Below are positions 40,479 to 48,974 of a stretch of 64,000 bases of DNA, piece by piece. Origin of the DNA: Candidatus Zixiibacteriota bacterium (lineage in GTDB: Bacteria; Zixibacteria; MSB-5A5; GN15; JACZUZ01); NCBI GenBank assembly GCA_024280775.1, contig JAJRPM010000014.1, positions 78,477 through 142,476 on the forward strand, read 5' to 3'. Positions within the stretch are counted from its first letter, which is position 1. The number at the start of each line of letters is the position of its first letter. Below the pieces are notes generated by a model. It was not told the origin of the DNA. It worked only from the letters and a program-made list of their open reading frames with translations, and did no database searches. The position numbers and the translations under genes are program-made.

Positions 40479-40832
40479 TCACCCCCGTCTTGACCGCGAA
40501 GCGGATTGTTGAAGAAGTTCTGTTTGCTGGGCTATTTGGTAGCGCAGACTAGTCGAAGGACGAGTATTGATTCGAACGTGCTCGATGTAGGCCTCAAATA
40601 GCTTTTCTAGGTTGCCTTCAGGCACATTGAAAGAAAACTTCTTCCTAGCTGTCTTGACTTCCATATCCTTAAGGACAAGCAAAGCCAGTTTCTTACTGGT
40701 CGAAACGGCTTTCCGGACGCGTTGCCCATCGGCTGAAAAGTCAACACACCACATCTTTCCACGTTTAAATACTCTAGACACGAGAATACCTCCTTCAATA
40801 CGATGGCACAAATCCTGCACATCGTCATCCAA
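40479..40832 (-). pseudogene. Tyrosine-recombinase (phage integrase) N-terminal fragment; catalytic domain missing
   Basis: ..VFKRGKMWCVDFSADGQRVRKAVSTSKKLALLVLKDMEVKTARKKF....LEKLFEAYIEHVRINTRPSTSLRY is typical of the integrase arm-binding and N-terminal SAM-like region. The ORF stops after about 117 aa, whereas full-length integrases are about 350-400 aa. It lies next to the 3' end of a tRNA. Confidence 0.6.
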
Positions 40833-40886
40833 GATGGATTTATGCGACCGCTAAGCTATTGTCAAGGAGTTATTTACTGGAATATA

Positions 40887-40965
<79 letters not shown>

Positions 40966-41185
40966 TGCCAGATTGCACACACTGCAGACGCAGTGTGTCA
41001 GCGAAGAATCACATATTGAATGATTATGGTGTTGATGTCAAGTGACGATAGTCTACGATTGAGGTGTTGGTTGGGATTATATAGTGATTGTGAAATTTGG
41101 GGGTAGTTCGGGGCAAGGAGGGGCGAGCCCCTCCACTACGGGTTGTGGCTTGGAAGCAAAATCTAGGTTTGGGAAAAGCGGAGGC

Positions 41186-41223
41186 AAAAAAAGAGGAGCG
41201 CCTCCCTCACAAAAGCGCTCCTC
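41186..41223 (-). terminator. Strong intrinsic terminator with no annotated gene directly upstream
   Basis: The minus strand reads GAGGAGCGC-(13-nt loop)-GCGCTCCTC followed by TTTTTTT. Confidence 0.6.
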
Positions 41224-41473
41224 CTGTCCCCACCTCTTAAATACCCTTCACCGCCGTACTTAAGAGCAACTAACTAATTATCTATAGTAACAAGTCCTGT
41301 GCCAAGAATGCACAGCGGCCTGAATATTCCCTATTAGGGTATGACCAGTAATGGTTTAAGGGTTGATGAGCAGGGAGCAAGACCGGTAGTAACATAACAG
41401 AATAAGGCAGAATCTGCGCTACATCAGCCCTAGCGAATCACAGCAAGAACCTAAAGGTATGTATAACAACACA

Positions 41474-41504
41474 ATACGATAGCGCAGTAACTGCGCTATC
41501 GTAT
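41474..41504 (-). terminator. Perfect 14-bp hairpin downstream of lpd (probable terminator)
   Basis: ATACGATAGCGCAG-TAA-CTGCGCTATCGTAT, followed on the minus strand by TGTGTTGTTAT. A smaller related hairpin, GCGCAG-TAT-CTGCGC, lies at 41537-41551. Confidence 0.5.
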
Positions 41505-41552
41505 CTCTTGCTATAAGGGCTGTTAGCCTATTTTAGCGCAGTATCTGCGCTT

Positions 41553-43007
41553 TTACTTGCCGGCCAAAGCTGGTTTCTTCCTGGTAGCGGGCTTTGGCTC
41601 AGGTTTGCGCTTGGCCGCCAGATGGATTGACATGCCATGCACATCATGGCAGGCCTCCATAATAGCCTCGGAGATTACCGGATGTGCGAAGATCATCTCG
41701 CCCAGCTCAGTGACTGTCATCCCTTGATGAACAGCCAGGACGGCCGTATGGATGACATCTGCGGCATGCGGCCCAACTACATGGACACCGAGTATCTTGT
41801 CGGTTTTGGCGTCGCCTATGACCTTGCATTCACCGGCGATTTCATTCTCGGCGTGGGCTTTCCCTAGCGCTCGCATGGGATAGCGACCAATAGTCACTTC
41901 GCGCTTGTCCTCTTTGGCTTGCTCTTCAGTAAGGCCAACTGAGCCGATCTCAGGATGAGTGAAAATAACCGAGGGCACTGCTTTGTAGTCAATGGTTCGT
42001 TTATCACCTAGAATGTTATCGGTGGCGACTATGCCCTCGGCGGTTGCGGTGTAAGCCAGCAGAACCACACCGGCGACATCACCTACTGCATAGATGTTTT
42101 TGACATTGGTGCGCATGTGCTTGTCGACTTTGATTGAGCCATTGGGGTTCTGCTTTATCTTGAGCTTTTCGAGACCTAGGTCTTCGACATTGAAAGCGCG
42201 ACCAACCGATAGCAACGCCTGAGTGGCCTCGATGTTTGAGCCATCGGAGAGTTTTGCATTGATTCCCGAGGCGCCGGATTTGATTGATTCGACTTTTACA
42301 CCGGTGCGAATGTCGATTTTCATTTTCTTGAATTCACGGCGGATTTGTTCGGAGGTTCCGGCATCCTCCAGCGGTAGCAGTCGGTCCATCAATTCGACCA
42401 TAGTGACTTTGACATCCAGCATCGCCAGCATTGAGGCCCATTCGCAACCGATTACTCCGCCTCCAATGATTAGCATTGATTGCGGCAGTTGTTGCATCTC
42501 CAGCAAATGGTCAGAGGAGAGGATTGCTTTGCCGTCGAGAGGAAACGCCGATAGGTTCATTGGCCTGGAGCCAGTGGCGATTATTATGTTCTCAGCCTGC
42601 AAGGTTGTGACTTTGTCGTTGTCATCTGTTACTGTCACTTCGTTTTTGCCGGTTATTTCACCATAACCGTTGTAGACATCAACCCCATGGGATTTCATCA
42701 GTGAATTCACACCACCGACTACAGTTGAGACGACCTTGTCTTTGCGTTTGAGCATCGCCGGCCAGTTCACTTTGGCTGATACGGCCAAATCGATACCAAT
42801 CTCGCTGGCGGTTTTCATTTTGTCGTAGATGGTGGCGCAATTGATTAGCGCCTTGCTGGGGATACAGCCTCGATTGAGACAGACTCCGCCTAGCTTATCC
42901 ATTTCTACCAGAGCAACTTTTGCTCCGCGGATTGCCGCATGAATCGCCGCGGGATAGCCACCGGGACCTCCGCCGATTACTACTATTTTGTATTTTTCTG
43001 ATGACAT
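41553..43007 (-). CDS. lpd: Dihydrolipoyl dehydrogenase (E3) with an unusual Lys/Pro-rich C-terminal tail
   Basis: The FAD motif is VIGGGPGGYPAAIHAA, the redox disulfide is GGVCLNRGCIPSKAL, the NAD motif is IIGGGVIGCEWA, and the C-terminal interface motif HAHP-like (FAHPVISEA) is present. The last ~20 aa are AAKRKPEPKPATRKKPALAGK. Confidence 0.9.
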   Translation of the reverse strand: MSSEKYKIVVIGGGPGGYPAAIHAAIRGAKVALVEMDKLGGVCLNRGCIPSKALINCATIYDKMKTASEIGIDLAVSAKVNWPAMLKRKDKVVSTVVGGVNSLMKSHGVDVYNGYGEITGKNEVTVTDDNDKVTTLQAENIIIATGSRPMNLSAFPLDGKAILSSDHLLEMQQLPQSMLIIGGGVIGCEWASMLAMLDVKVTMVELMDRLLPLEDAGTSEQIRREFKKMKIDIRTGVKVESIKSGASGINAKLSDGSNIEATQALLSVGRAFNVEDLGLEKLKIKQNPNGSIKVDKHMRTNVKNIYAVGDVAGVVLLAYTATAEGIVATDNILGDKRTIDYKAVPSVIFTHPEIGSVGLTEEQAKEDKREVTIGRYPMRALGKAHAENEIAGECKVIGDAKTDKILGVHVVGPHAADVIHTAVLAVHQGMTVTELGEMIFAHPVISEAIMEACHDVHGMSIHLAAKRKPEPKPATRKKPALAGK

Positions 43008-43175
43008 TTTCTATACCCCAATTTGAAAAACGCTTATCGAAATATCGGCAGGACGATGCGCAACTCTGCGCTTCGAGAATACGCCTCGCCTCAGAAGACA
43101 ATACGTCGAATACGTCCAAGCCGCAAGGGCATGATATGGGATAGAAAATTATGAGATTACTGGCGCAATGACAAG

Positions 43176-44336
43176 CTACTGACAGGTTATCAGGATGATT
43201 TTGTCGGTTTGAATTCCACTACCAAATGGGCTTGAGGTTGCACGGATTACTACGAACTCATCTTGTCCTGAGTTTACCATACCGGAGATGACTAGTGTAT
43301 CCGAAAATGGCGCCAGAAGTGAAGCAATTATTCCTGAGCTTTCATCTACTATTGAGAACTCGGCTGGTAGATCAAAAATCGTGCTTCCAGCCCCCCTGCT
43401 TACAAAGAAAGGTAACGTGTCATTGAAACTTCCACATGGAGAAACTACTAGTGTATCAGGGATTCCGAAAAAAGTGTAGTTAACAGCCTCATTTGGATCG
43501 GACTGCCACCAGCAATGTGGCGCCGGGCCGCCGCCAAAAATACGCGACACTAAGAACGCCGCATCGGCGATGTTTAGACTCTTATCTCCGTTGGCGTCGC
43601 CTTCGTTCTCGCAAACAGGCGCAGGACCTCCTGAGAAGATTCTGGCTATAATGTAAGTTAGATCTGATATGTTCACTGATGCATCACCGTTTGCATCACC
43701 TGGAGTTGCGCAACAGCCCGGTTGGGTAACTGTGATGCAGAATCCACCGTCGGGGTAGCCGCTTGGCGTTCCTCCCCAAGTTGGTGGACCGGTGGCAGTC
43801 ATGAGCCAATCTCCAGAGGGTGGAAAGAAAGCTGAATCAATACATACCACGCCAGTATCGACGAAAACCAGTTCCGTCATGAAGACATCAAGCAACGAAT
43901 CCGATTGAAAGCCGCCGTTGAGCATTGATGCTCCGCCTATCAGGAATTGCTCAGGCAAAACACCATCAATATCGGTGGCAACTATTGTACCGGCTAGCGA
44001 CCAAACCGATGGTGACGCCCAACTGTTCAAGGCTACGATGCTACTACCATAGGTTCCACCGGACGAAAGCCATCCTACATACATACCTGGATTACTGGGA
44101 GAGTATATCTCAAAAACCAGTGTGCCAGCCGGTTGTTTGACTGCTGACTGAACACTCCAAGTCAACTTTACATTTGAGCTCACCGTAACCATCGCTTGCA
44201 AGCCATTGATAGTATCTGGAATCGACACGCCGAGACCTTCGACTCGAACCTGGACATCAGCGGGTTGGGCAAAGATTTGGGGGGATGTGGAGAATAATAA
44301 GGCTACGGAAATTAGCGCTAGTTTCAGGGGTTTCAT
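43176..44336 (-). CDS. Secreted protein of unknown function with an internal double dockerin-like module (paralog A)
   Basis: A signal peptide is present. The module is at 43512-43715 (CCATPGDANGDASVNISDLTYIIARIFSGGPAPVCENEGDANGDKSLNIADAAFLVSRIFGGGPAPHC). The C-terminus reads ..IQTDKIILITCQ. Confidence 0.7.
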   Translation of the reverse strand: MKPLKLALISVALLFSTSPQIFAQPADVQVRVEGLGVSIPDTINGLQAMVTVSSNVKLTWSVQSAVKQPAGTLVFEIYSPSNPGMYVGWLSSGGTYGSSIVALNSWASPSVWSLAGTIVATDIDGVLPEQFLIGGASMLNGGFQSDSLLDVFMTELVFVDTGVVCIDSAFFPPSGDWLMTATGPPTWGGTPSGYPDGGFCITVTQPGCCATPGDANGDASVNISDLTYIIARIFSGGPAPVCENEGDANGDKSLNIADAAFLVSRIFGGGPAPHCWWQSDPNEAVNYTFFGIPDTLVVSPCGSFNDTLPFFVSRGAGSTIFDLPAEFSIVDESSGIIASLLAPFSDTLVISGMVNSGQDEFVVIRATSSPFGSGIQTDKIILITCQ

Positions 44337-44355
44337 AGTTATGCTCTTTCCTTGC

Positions 44356-45507
44356 CTACTGACAGGTTATCAGGATGATTTTGTCAGTTTGGATAAGACC
44401 GGGGAATGCGGTGGATGCCGCCCTGATAATAACGAATTCGTCGCTAGTAGAGTTTACGGATCCCGACACATGAAGAGAATCAGAATTGGGGCCCGAGAAA
44501 AATGCCGTTACCCCGGCGCTTGTATTCACGATAGAATACTCCGGTAAGCTTCCGGTGGTTTGAGGCGGTTCAACAACTTGTACGAGAAATGAGTCGGCGA
44601 AACTACCACAAGGTGAAATAGTCAGAGAATCAGGAAGTCCAAAGAAGGTGTAATCGAGGGAATCACTTGGATCGGTTTGCCACCAGCAATGTGGAGCAGG
44701 GCCGCCACGGAATATGCGAGCGATTAGGAATGCGGCGTCAGCGATGTTGACGTCTTGGTCTCCATTTATATCGGCTTCATTGTCGCAAGAAGGGGCGGGA
44801 CCACTAAAGAATATCCTGGAAATAATGAAATCCAGGTCTGCAATGTTCACTGTTGCATCACTATTGGCGTCGCCGGGAGTAGTGCAACACCCCGGGTCGT
44901 AGACTGTGATACAAAATCCACCATCAGGATAACCGACTGGAGCGCCCCCCCAGGTTGGCGGTCCGGTGGGGAGCATGAGCCAGTCTACACCACCAGAGAA
45001 CGGGTAAAATGCAGAGTCTAAACACACCACGCCGGTATCGTCGAAAACCAACTCGCCCATGAATACATCAAGCAATGTGTCAGATTGAAAACCACCAAAA
45101 AGAGCAACGCCAGCAAACAGAAATTGTTCGGGAAAGACGTCATCGATATCGGTTAAGACAAGTGGCCCCCCTAGTGTCCAAATCGATGTCCCTGCCCAAC
45201 TGTTCAAGGCTTCAAAAATGCTATCATTAACTCCACTGGGTTTCGACCATTCAACAGACATGCCCGGGTTATCAGGTGAATAAAGTACAAATCCCAAAGT
45301 AGCGGAGCGTTGCTGGACTTCCGCCTGAGAGCTCCAAACCATCTTCACTCTCGAACCGAATGGAACCATCGCTTGCAGGCCATTGATTGTATCAGGAGAT
45401 ACCCCAACACCTTCGACTCGAACCTGGACATCACCGAGTTGGGCATTAACTTGCGAGACAGATAGAGCGCAAATAATAACTAGAAACAACAATCTGTAGC
45501 GACGCAT
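44356..45507 (-). CDS. Secreted protein of unknown function with an internal double dockerin-like module (paralog B)
   Basis: It has the same architecture as 43176-44336 and lies 19 nt upstream of it. The module is at 44686-44889. The last 12 residues, IQTDKIILITCQ, are identical. Confidence 0.7.
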   Translation of the reverse strand: MRRYRLLFLVIICALSVSQVNAQLGDVQVRVEGVGVSPDTINGLQAMVPFGSRVKMVWSSQAEVQQRSATLGFVLYSPDNPGMSVEWSKPSGVNDSIFEALNSWAGTSIWTLGGPLVLTDIDDVFPEQFLFAGVALFGGFQSDTLLDVFMGELVFDDTGVVCLDSAFYPFSGGVDWLMLPTGPPTWGGAPVGYPDGGFCITVYDPGCCTTPGDANSDATVNIADLDFIISRIFFSGPAPSCDNEADINGDQDVNIADAAFLIARIFRGGPAPHCWWQTDPSDSLDYTFFGLPDSLTISPCGSFADSFLVQVVEPPQTTGSLPEYSIVNTSAGVTAFFSGPNSDSLHVSGSVNSTSDEFVIIRAASTAFPGLIQTDKIILITCQ

Positions 45508-45700
45508 AGAGACTATCCCTTTGTGGAAGTGTTTTGGTAACCGAAACCCACAGGAGCTCTTGAAACTAGACTGCTAAAACCTACTTTCTAAGAGTAGCTT
45601 AAGCGCTCTTATATGTCAAGGTATTTCTCAGCCTTGCTTTGTGTGCAAGTCTTTGAGATTTGCACACAAATTAGTCTTCAATAAAAATGCCTTTGGGGTC

Positions 45701-45728
45701 TTGACATCGGGAGTTTTGGACATAATAT
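45701..45728 (+). promoter_or_regulatory. Near-consensus sigma-70-type promoter (TTGACA, 16 nt spacer, TAATAT)
   Basis: TTGACA lies at 45701-45706 and TAATAT at 45723-45728, about 70 nt upstream of the regulator ATG (45799). Confidence 0.5.
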
Positions 45729-45736
45729 CGGGAATC

Positions 45737-45769
45737 GTTTACTAAACTTTCAGTAACCCTTTAGTAAAC
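45737..45769. promoter_or_regulatory. Perfect 10-bp inverted repeat; candidate operator
   Basis: GTTTACTAAA (45737-45746), a 13-nt spacer, then TTTAGTAAAC (45760-45769). It lies immediately downstream of the -10 element. Related half-sites CAGTAAC and GGTAAAC are nearby. Confidence 0.45.
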
Positions 45770-45798
45770 AGGTGGTAAACAAGCGAATTGATAGAAAA

Positions 45799-46341
45799 AT
45801 GAAGATTAAGGTCGGACATAAATTAAAGAGTCTGCGGCTCAGCGCGGAACTGACTCAGGCGGAGCTTGCCGACAGGGCGCAATTGACTAAGGGGTTTATC
45901 TCGCAGTTGGAGAATGACTTGGTGTCGATTTCGCTTGAGTCACTCCATGATATTCTTGAGGCCTTGGGCGTTTCTCTGCAGGATTTCTTCTCTGACAATG
46001 GTGACGAGAAGGTGGTCTTCGGGCCTGCTGATAGAGTGCCGGTTACCGGAAAGGGCGCTTCGGTCTTCGATTTGCTTGCGCCCGGCTCTACTAATTATGA
46101 GATGAATCCGATGTTTGTCACGCTTGAACCGGGTGAGGCATTTGAGGAAGAAGAGGCGCATGTTGGCGAGGAATTTGGCTACATTCTGGAAGGCTCGTTG
46201 ACAGTGCAATTCGGCAAAAAGAGCAAACGCGCTAAGAAGAGGCATTGCTTTTATTTTGAATCAAACCAGACGCATCGTCTGCTTAACGAAGGTGATAAGC
46301 GAGTCTCGTTTATTTGGGTGACGGCGCCGCCGTTGATATAG
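45799..46341 (+). CDS. XRE-family HTH plus cupin-domain transcriptional regulator (PuuR-like architecture)
   Basis: The HTH is KLKSLRLSAELTQAELADRAQLTKGFISQLEN and the C-terminal cupin is ..EEEAHVGEEFGYILEGSLTVQFG...HCFYFESNQTHRLLNEG. I prefer the ATG at 45799 (MKIKVGHKL); the track starts at GTG 45772. Confidence 0.8.
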   Translation: MKIKVGHKLKSLRLSAELTQAELADRAQLTKGFISQLENDLVSISLESLHDILEALGVSLQDFFSDNGDEKVVFGPADRVPVTGKGASVFDLLAPGSTNYEMNPMFVTLEPGEAFEEEEAHVGEEFGYILEGSLTVQFGKKSKRAKKRHCFYFESNQTHRLLNEGDKRVSFIWVTAPPLI

Positions 46342-46369
46342 ATTGATTTTGTGGTAAGGGGTAATACTG

Positions 46370-46792
46370 ATGAAAAAACTTGGTAGACATGTGCTGGCGG
46401 AATTCACGAATTGTGATTGCGACTCGCTGAATGATTCAGCGAAAATAGAATTTTGGCTAAATGAAGCCGCGAGGGTATCCGGGGCTACTATAGTAAAATC
46501 TGTGTTCCATCACTATAACCCGCATGGTGTCTCAGGTGTGGTAGTGATTGCCGAGTCTCATATCTCGATTCACACCTGGCCGGAGTATGGCTACGCGGCG
46601 GTGGATTTTTTCACCTGTGGTGACAATGTCGATCCTTTCAAGGCCTGTGACTATCTCACCGAAGCGCTTGGCGCAACTGATGTGCTGACTCGTGAATTCG
46701 CGCGAGGGATTCCGTCGGTCTCTGATAGCGTTCTGCCGCATAAACCAACTGTCGCGTGCGCCACCGAAGAACTTGCCGTAGAAGTCGGCTGA
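46370..46792 (+). CDS. speH: S-adenosylmethionine decarboxylase proenzyme (small, pyruvoyl-dependent class)
   Basis: The 140-aa ORF contains the self-processing motif ..GVVVIAES|[21 protein letters not shown]. Confidence 0.85.
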   Translation: MKKLGRHVLAEFTNCDCDSLNDSAKIEFWLNEAARVSGATIVKSVFHHYNPHGVSGVVVIAESHISIHTWPEYGYAAVDFFTCGDNVDPFKACDYLTEALGATDVLTREFARGIPSVSDSVLPHKPTVACATEELAVEVG

Positions 46793-46811
46793 CTGGGCTG
46801 GAGAAAGAACT

Positions 46812-47999
46812 ATGAAAGCTATCAATGTCTATCAGGACACTCCGGTTGGCTCCAAAGGCAAAATGCAATTTCGCATGGCGCTATCAGAACGTGACGCTCG
46901 CGGTATTGACGGTCCGGCGTTGTTTCTGTCACGCGCGCGGGCGAAAGAGAATCTGCGCGAGCTATCCGCGGCTCTTCCGGGTGTGGCGTTGCACTATGCG
47001 GTCAAGTCCAATGATCATCCGGCGCTATTGCAGATGATCAACGACGAAGGCCATGCATTTGATGTGTGTTCGGCGCTAGAAATTGAACATTGCAAGACAG
47101 CCGGCGCGACGACTTCTGATTTGCTACACACACATCCTATCAAATCCCACAGTGAAATTCAACAAGCGCTGGCGGCGGGTATCAGGACTTTCGTAATCGA
47201 CAATAGTGACGAAATCGGGAAATTTCTCTCCTTCAGAGATGAAACATCTGAGCCAATAAAGTTAATCGTTCGCTATCGCGCGCTTGGCTCGGCGGAGCTG
47301 GCTAAGATTGTGCAATGCAACCTCTCGTTCAAGTTTGGTTGTGCGCCGCATCAAATCAGAGGGCTGGTTGCTGAAATCATTGAAGCCGGTTTTGAATTCG
47401 GCGGGCTGGCTTTTCATGTCGGTTCGCAATGTTTGTCACCTGAGCCATATTTGACAGGTATCAATATCGCCTCTGATATCATTACTGAACTTGACGCCGA
47501 AGGAATAGCAACGCCGCTATTGGATATAGGCGGGGGATTTCCGGTAGAATATCTCGATCCAATTCCACCAATTGCTGAGTTTTGTAAACCTATCCGATCG
47601 GCGCTGGAGTCGTTGATTCCGGATTATGTTCGGCTGGTATGTGAACCGGGACGGTATATTTCCGCCAGCGCTGTGACAGCTTTGGTGAATATCATTGGTC
47701 GTTCGGTGCGTGACGGTGTCACTTGGTATTATGTAGATGACGGGGTCTATGGCTCGTTTTCGGGCCGTATTTATGACCATTGCTCCTATCGGGCGCTAAC
47801 CGACAAGAATTCAACCTGGATTCCATCGGCGCTGGCGGGGCCAACTTGTGACTCGGTGGATGTGATTTATGACAACATTCTATTGCCACCGCTGGATATT
47901 GGTGACACATTGGTGTTTCCAGCTATGGGGGCCTATTGCGCGGTGTCAGCCTCCGGGTTTAATTCGCTGAAGCAGGCTGAGATTGTAGTGATTGATTAG
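46812..47999 (+). CDS. PLP-dependent group IV decarboxylase, ornithine-decarboxylase-like
   Basis: The PLP-lysine motif is HYAVKSN, the glycine-rich loop is DIGGGFPV, and the substrate-site motif GPTCDSVD resembles ODC-type GPTCDxxD. The flanking speH and speE genes fit this call. Substrate (Orn, Lys or Arg) was not verified. Confidence 0.75.
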   Translation: MKAINVYQDTPVGSKGKMQFRMALSERDARGIDGPALFLSRARAKENLRELSAALPGVALHYAVKSNDHPALLQMINDEGHAFDVCSALEIEHCKTAGATTSDLLHTHPIKSHSEIQQALAAGIRTFVIDNSDEIGKFLSFRDETSEPIKLIVRYRALGSAELAKIVQCNLSFKFGCAPHQIRGLVAEIIEAGFEFGGLAFHVGSQCLSPEPYLTGINIASDIITELDAEGIATPLLDIGGGFPVEYLDPIPPIAEFCKPIRSALESLIPDYVRLVCEPGRYISASAVTALVNIIGRSVRDGVTWYYVDDGVYGSFSGRIYDHCSYRALTDKNSTWIPSALAGPTCDSVDVIYDNILLPPLDIGDTLVFPAMGAYCAVSASGFNSLKQAEIVVID

Positions 48000-48011
48000 C
48001 GTGGGTATATC

Positions 48012-48956
48012 ATGGCAAACAAATCCAAATCTAGTTCCAAAACAAATTCTAAGAGCAAAGCGCAAATAGTCGGCGGTGAAAAAGACCAGACCGGTCTGCA
48101 GGATTCGCTTCAGATGTGGTATACCGAGCTACAGGACAATCACTCGGGCAATATCTTCCGGGTTGACCGGGTTCTTGAGTCTTATGACTCAAAATATCAG
48201 CGGATTGATGTGCTTCAGACAGCCGGGCTGGGCAAGGCTTTGGCTTTGTATGGTTCGTTGATGGTTACCGAGGGTGATTACAATGCGTACAATGAAGCGC
48301 TGGCGCATACCGCGCTGTTTGCACATCCGAAACCGCAGGAAGTTTTGATTATCGGCGGCGGTGATTGCGGCTGTTTGACGAATGTTTTGAAACATCCTGA
48401 GGTTAAGACAGCGACAATGTGCGAGTTGGATAAGGAAGTTGTTGAAGTTTGCAAGCGACACTTCCCGAAACTCACTAAGGGTTTGAAAGACTCGCGCGCG
48501 AAAGTGAAATTCGCTGACGGTAAGAAATTTCTTGAGACGACTAAGAAACAGTACGATGTAATCCTGCTGGACTTATCTGATCCGGTAGGTCCCGCCGCCG
48601 AACTTTTTCAGAAGAAGTTTCATCAAACGGTTTTCGACCGACTCAAGGATGACGGCATCTTAGTGGCTCAGTCTGAATCTCCGTTTTACAATCAGGAGAT
48701 TGTAAAAACTATGTACGCCAATCTGGATTCCATCTTTCCTATTGTGCGCATGTACTTGTGTCACATGATAACTTACCCCTCGGCGCTTTGGTCATTTGCC
48801 TTTTGTTCTAAGAAGTATGACCCGCTAAAGGATTTCGATCAGACGCGCTATGACAAGCTTGAGCGCAAGATGAAAAACGAATACTACAATGACGACACAC
48901 ACCGTGGCTCATTTGCATTACCCCAGTACGTTAAGCGCCTACTACCCAAACCCTAA
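48012..48956 (+). CDS. speE: Spermidine synthase (polyamine aminopropyltransferase)
   Basis: ..VLIIGGGDCGCLTNVLKH..VTMCELD..DVILLDLSDPVGPAAELF.. are the SpeE signature regions. There is a Lys/Ser-rich N-terminal extension. Confidence 0.9.
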   Translation: MANKSKSSSKTNSKSKAQIVGGEKDQTGLQDSLQMWYTELQDNHSGNIFRVDRVLESYDSKYQRIDVLQTAGLGKALALYGSLMVTEGDYNAYNEALAHTALFAHPKPQEVLIIGGGDCGCLTNVLKHPEVKTATMCELDKEVVEVCKRHFPKLTKGLKDSRAKVKFADGKKFLETTKKQYDVILLDLSDPVGPAAELFQKKFHQTVFDRLKDDGILVAQSESPFYNQEIVKTMYANLDSIFPIVRMYLCHMITYPSALWSFAFCSKKYDPLKDFDQTRYDKLERKMKNEYYNDDTHRGSFALPQYVKRLLPKP

Positions 48957-48974
48957 AGATTCAGGAATCACACT

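Noticed and set aside
40976-41041. A promoter for tRNA(CAT): TTGACA (minus strand, 41041-41036), about 17 nt spacer, then CAATAT, with a 9-bp leader hairpin (40976-41000).
   Set aside because: The -10 element is weak and the leader hairpin between promoter and tRNA is unusual. It is plausible but not well enough supported to list as a feature.
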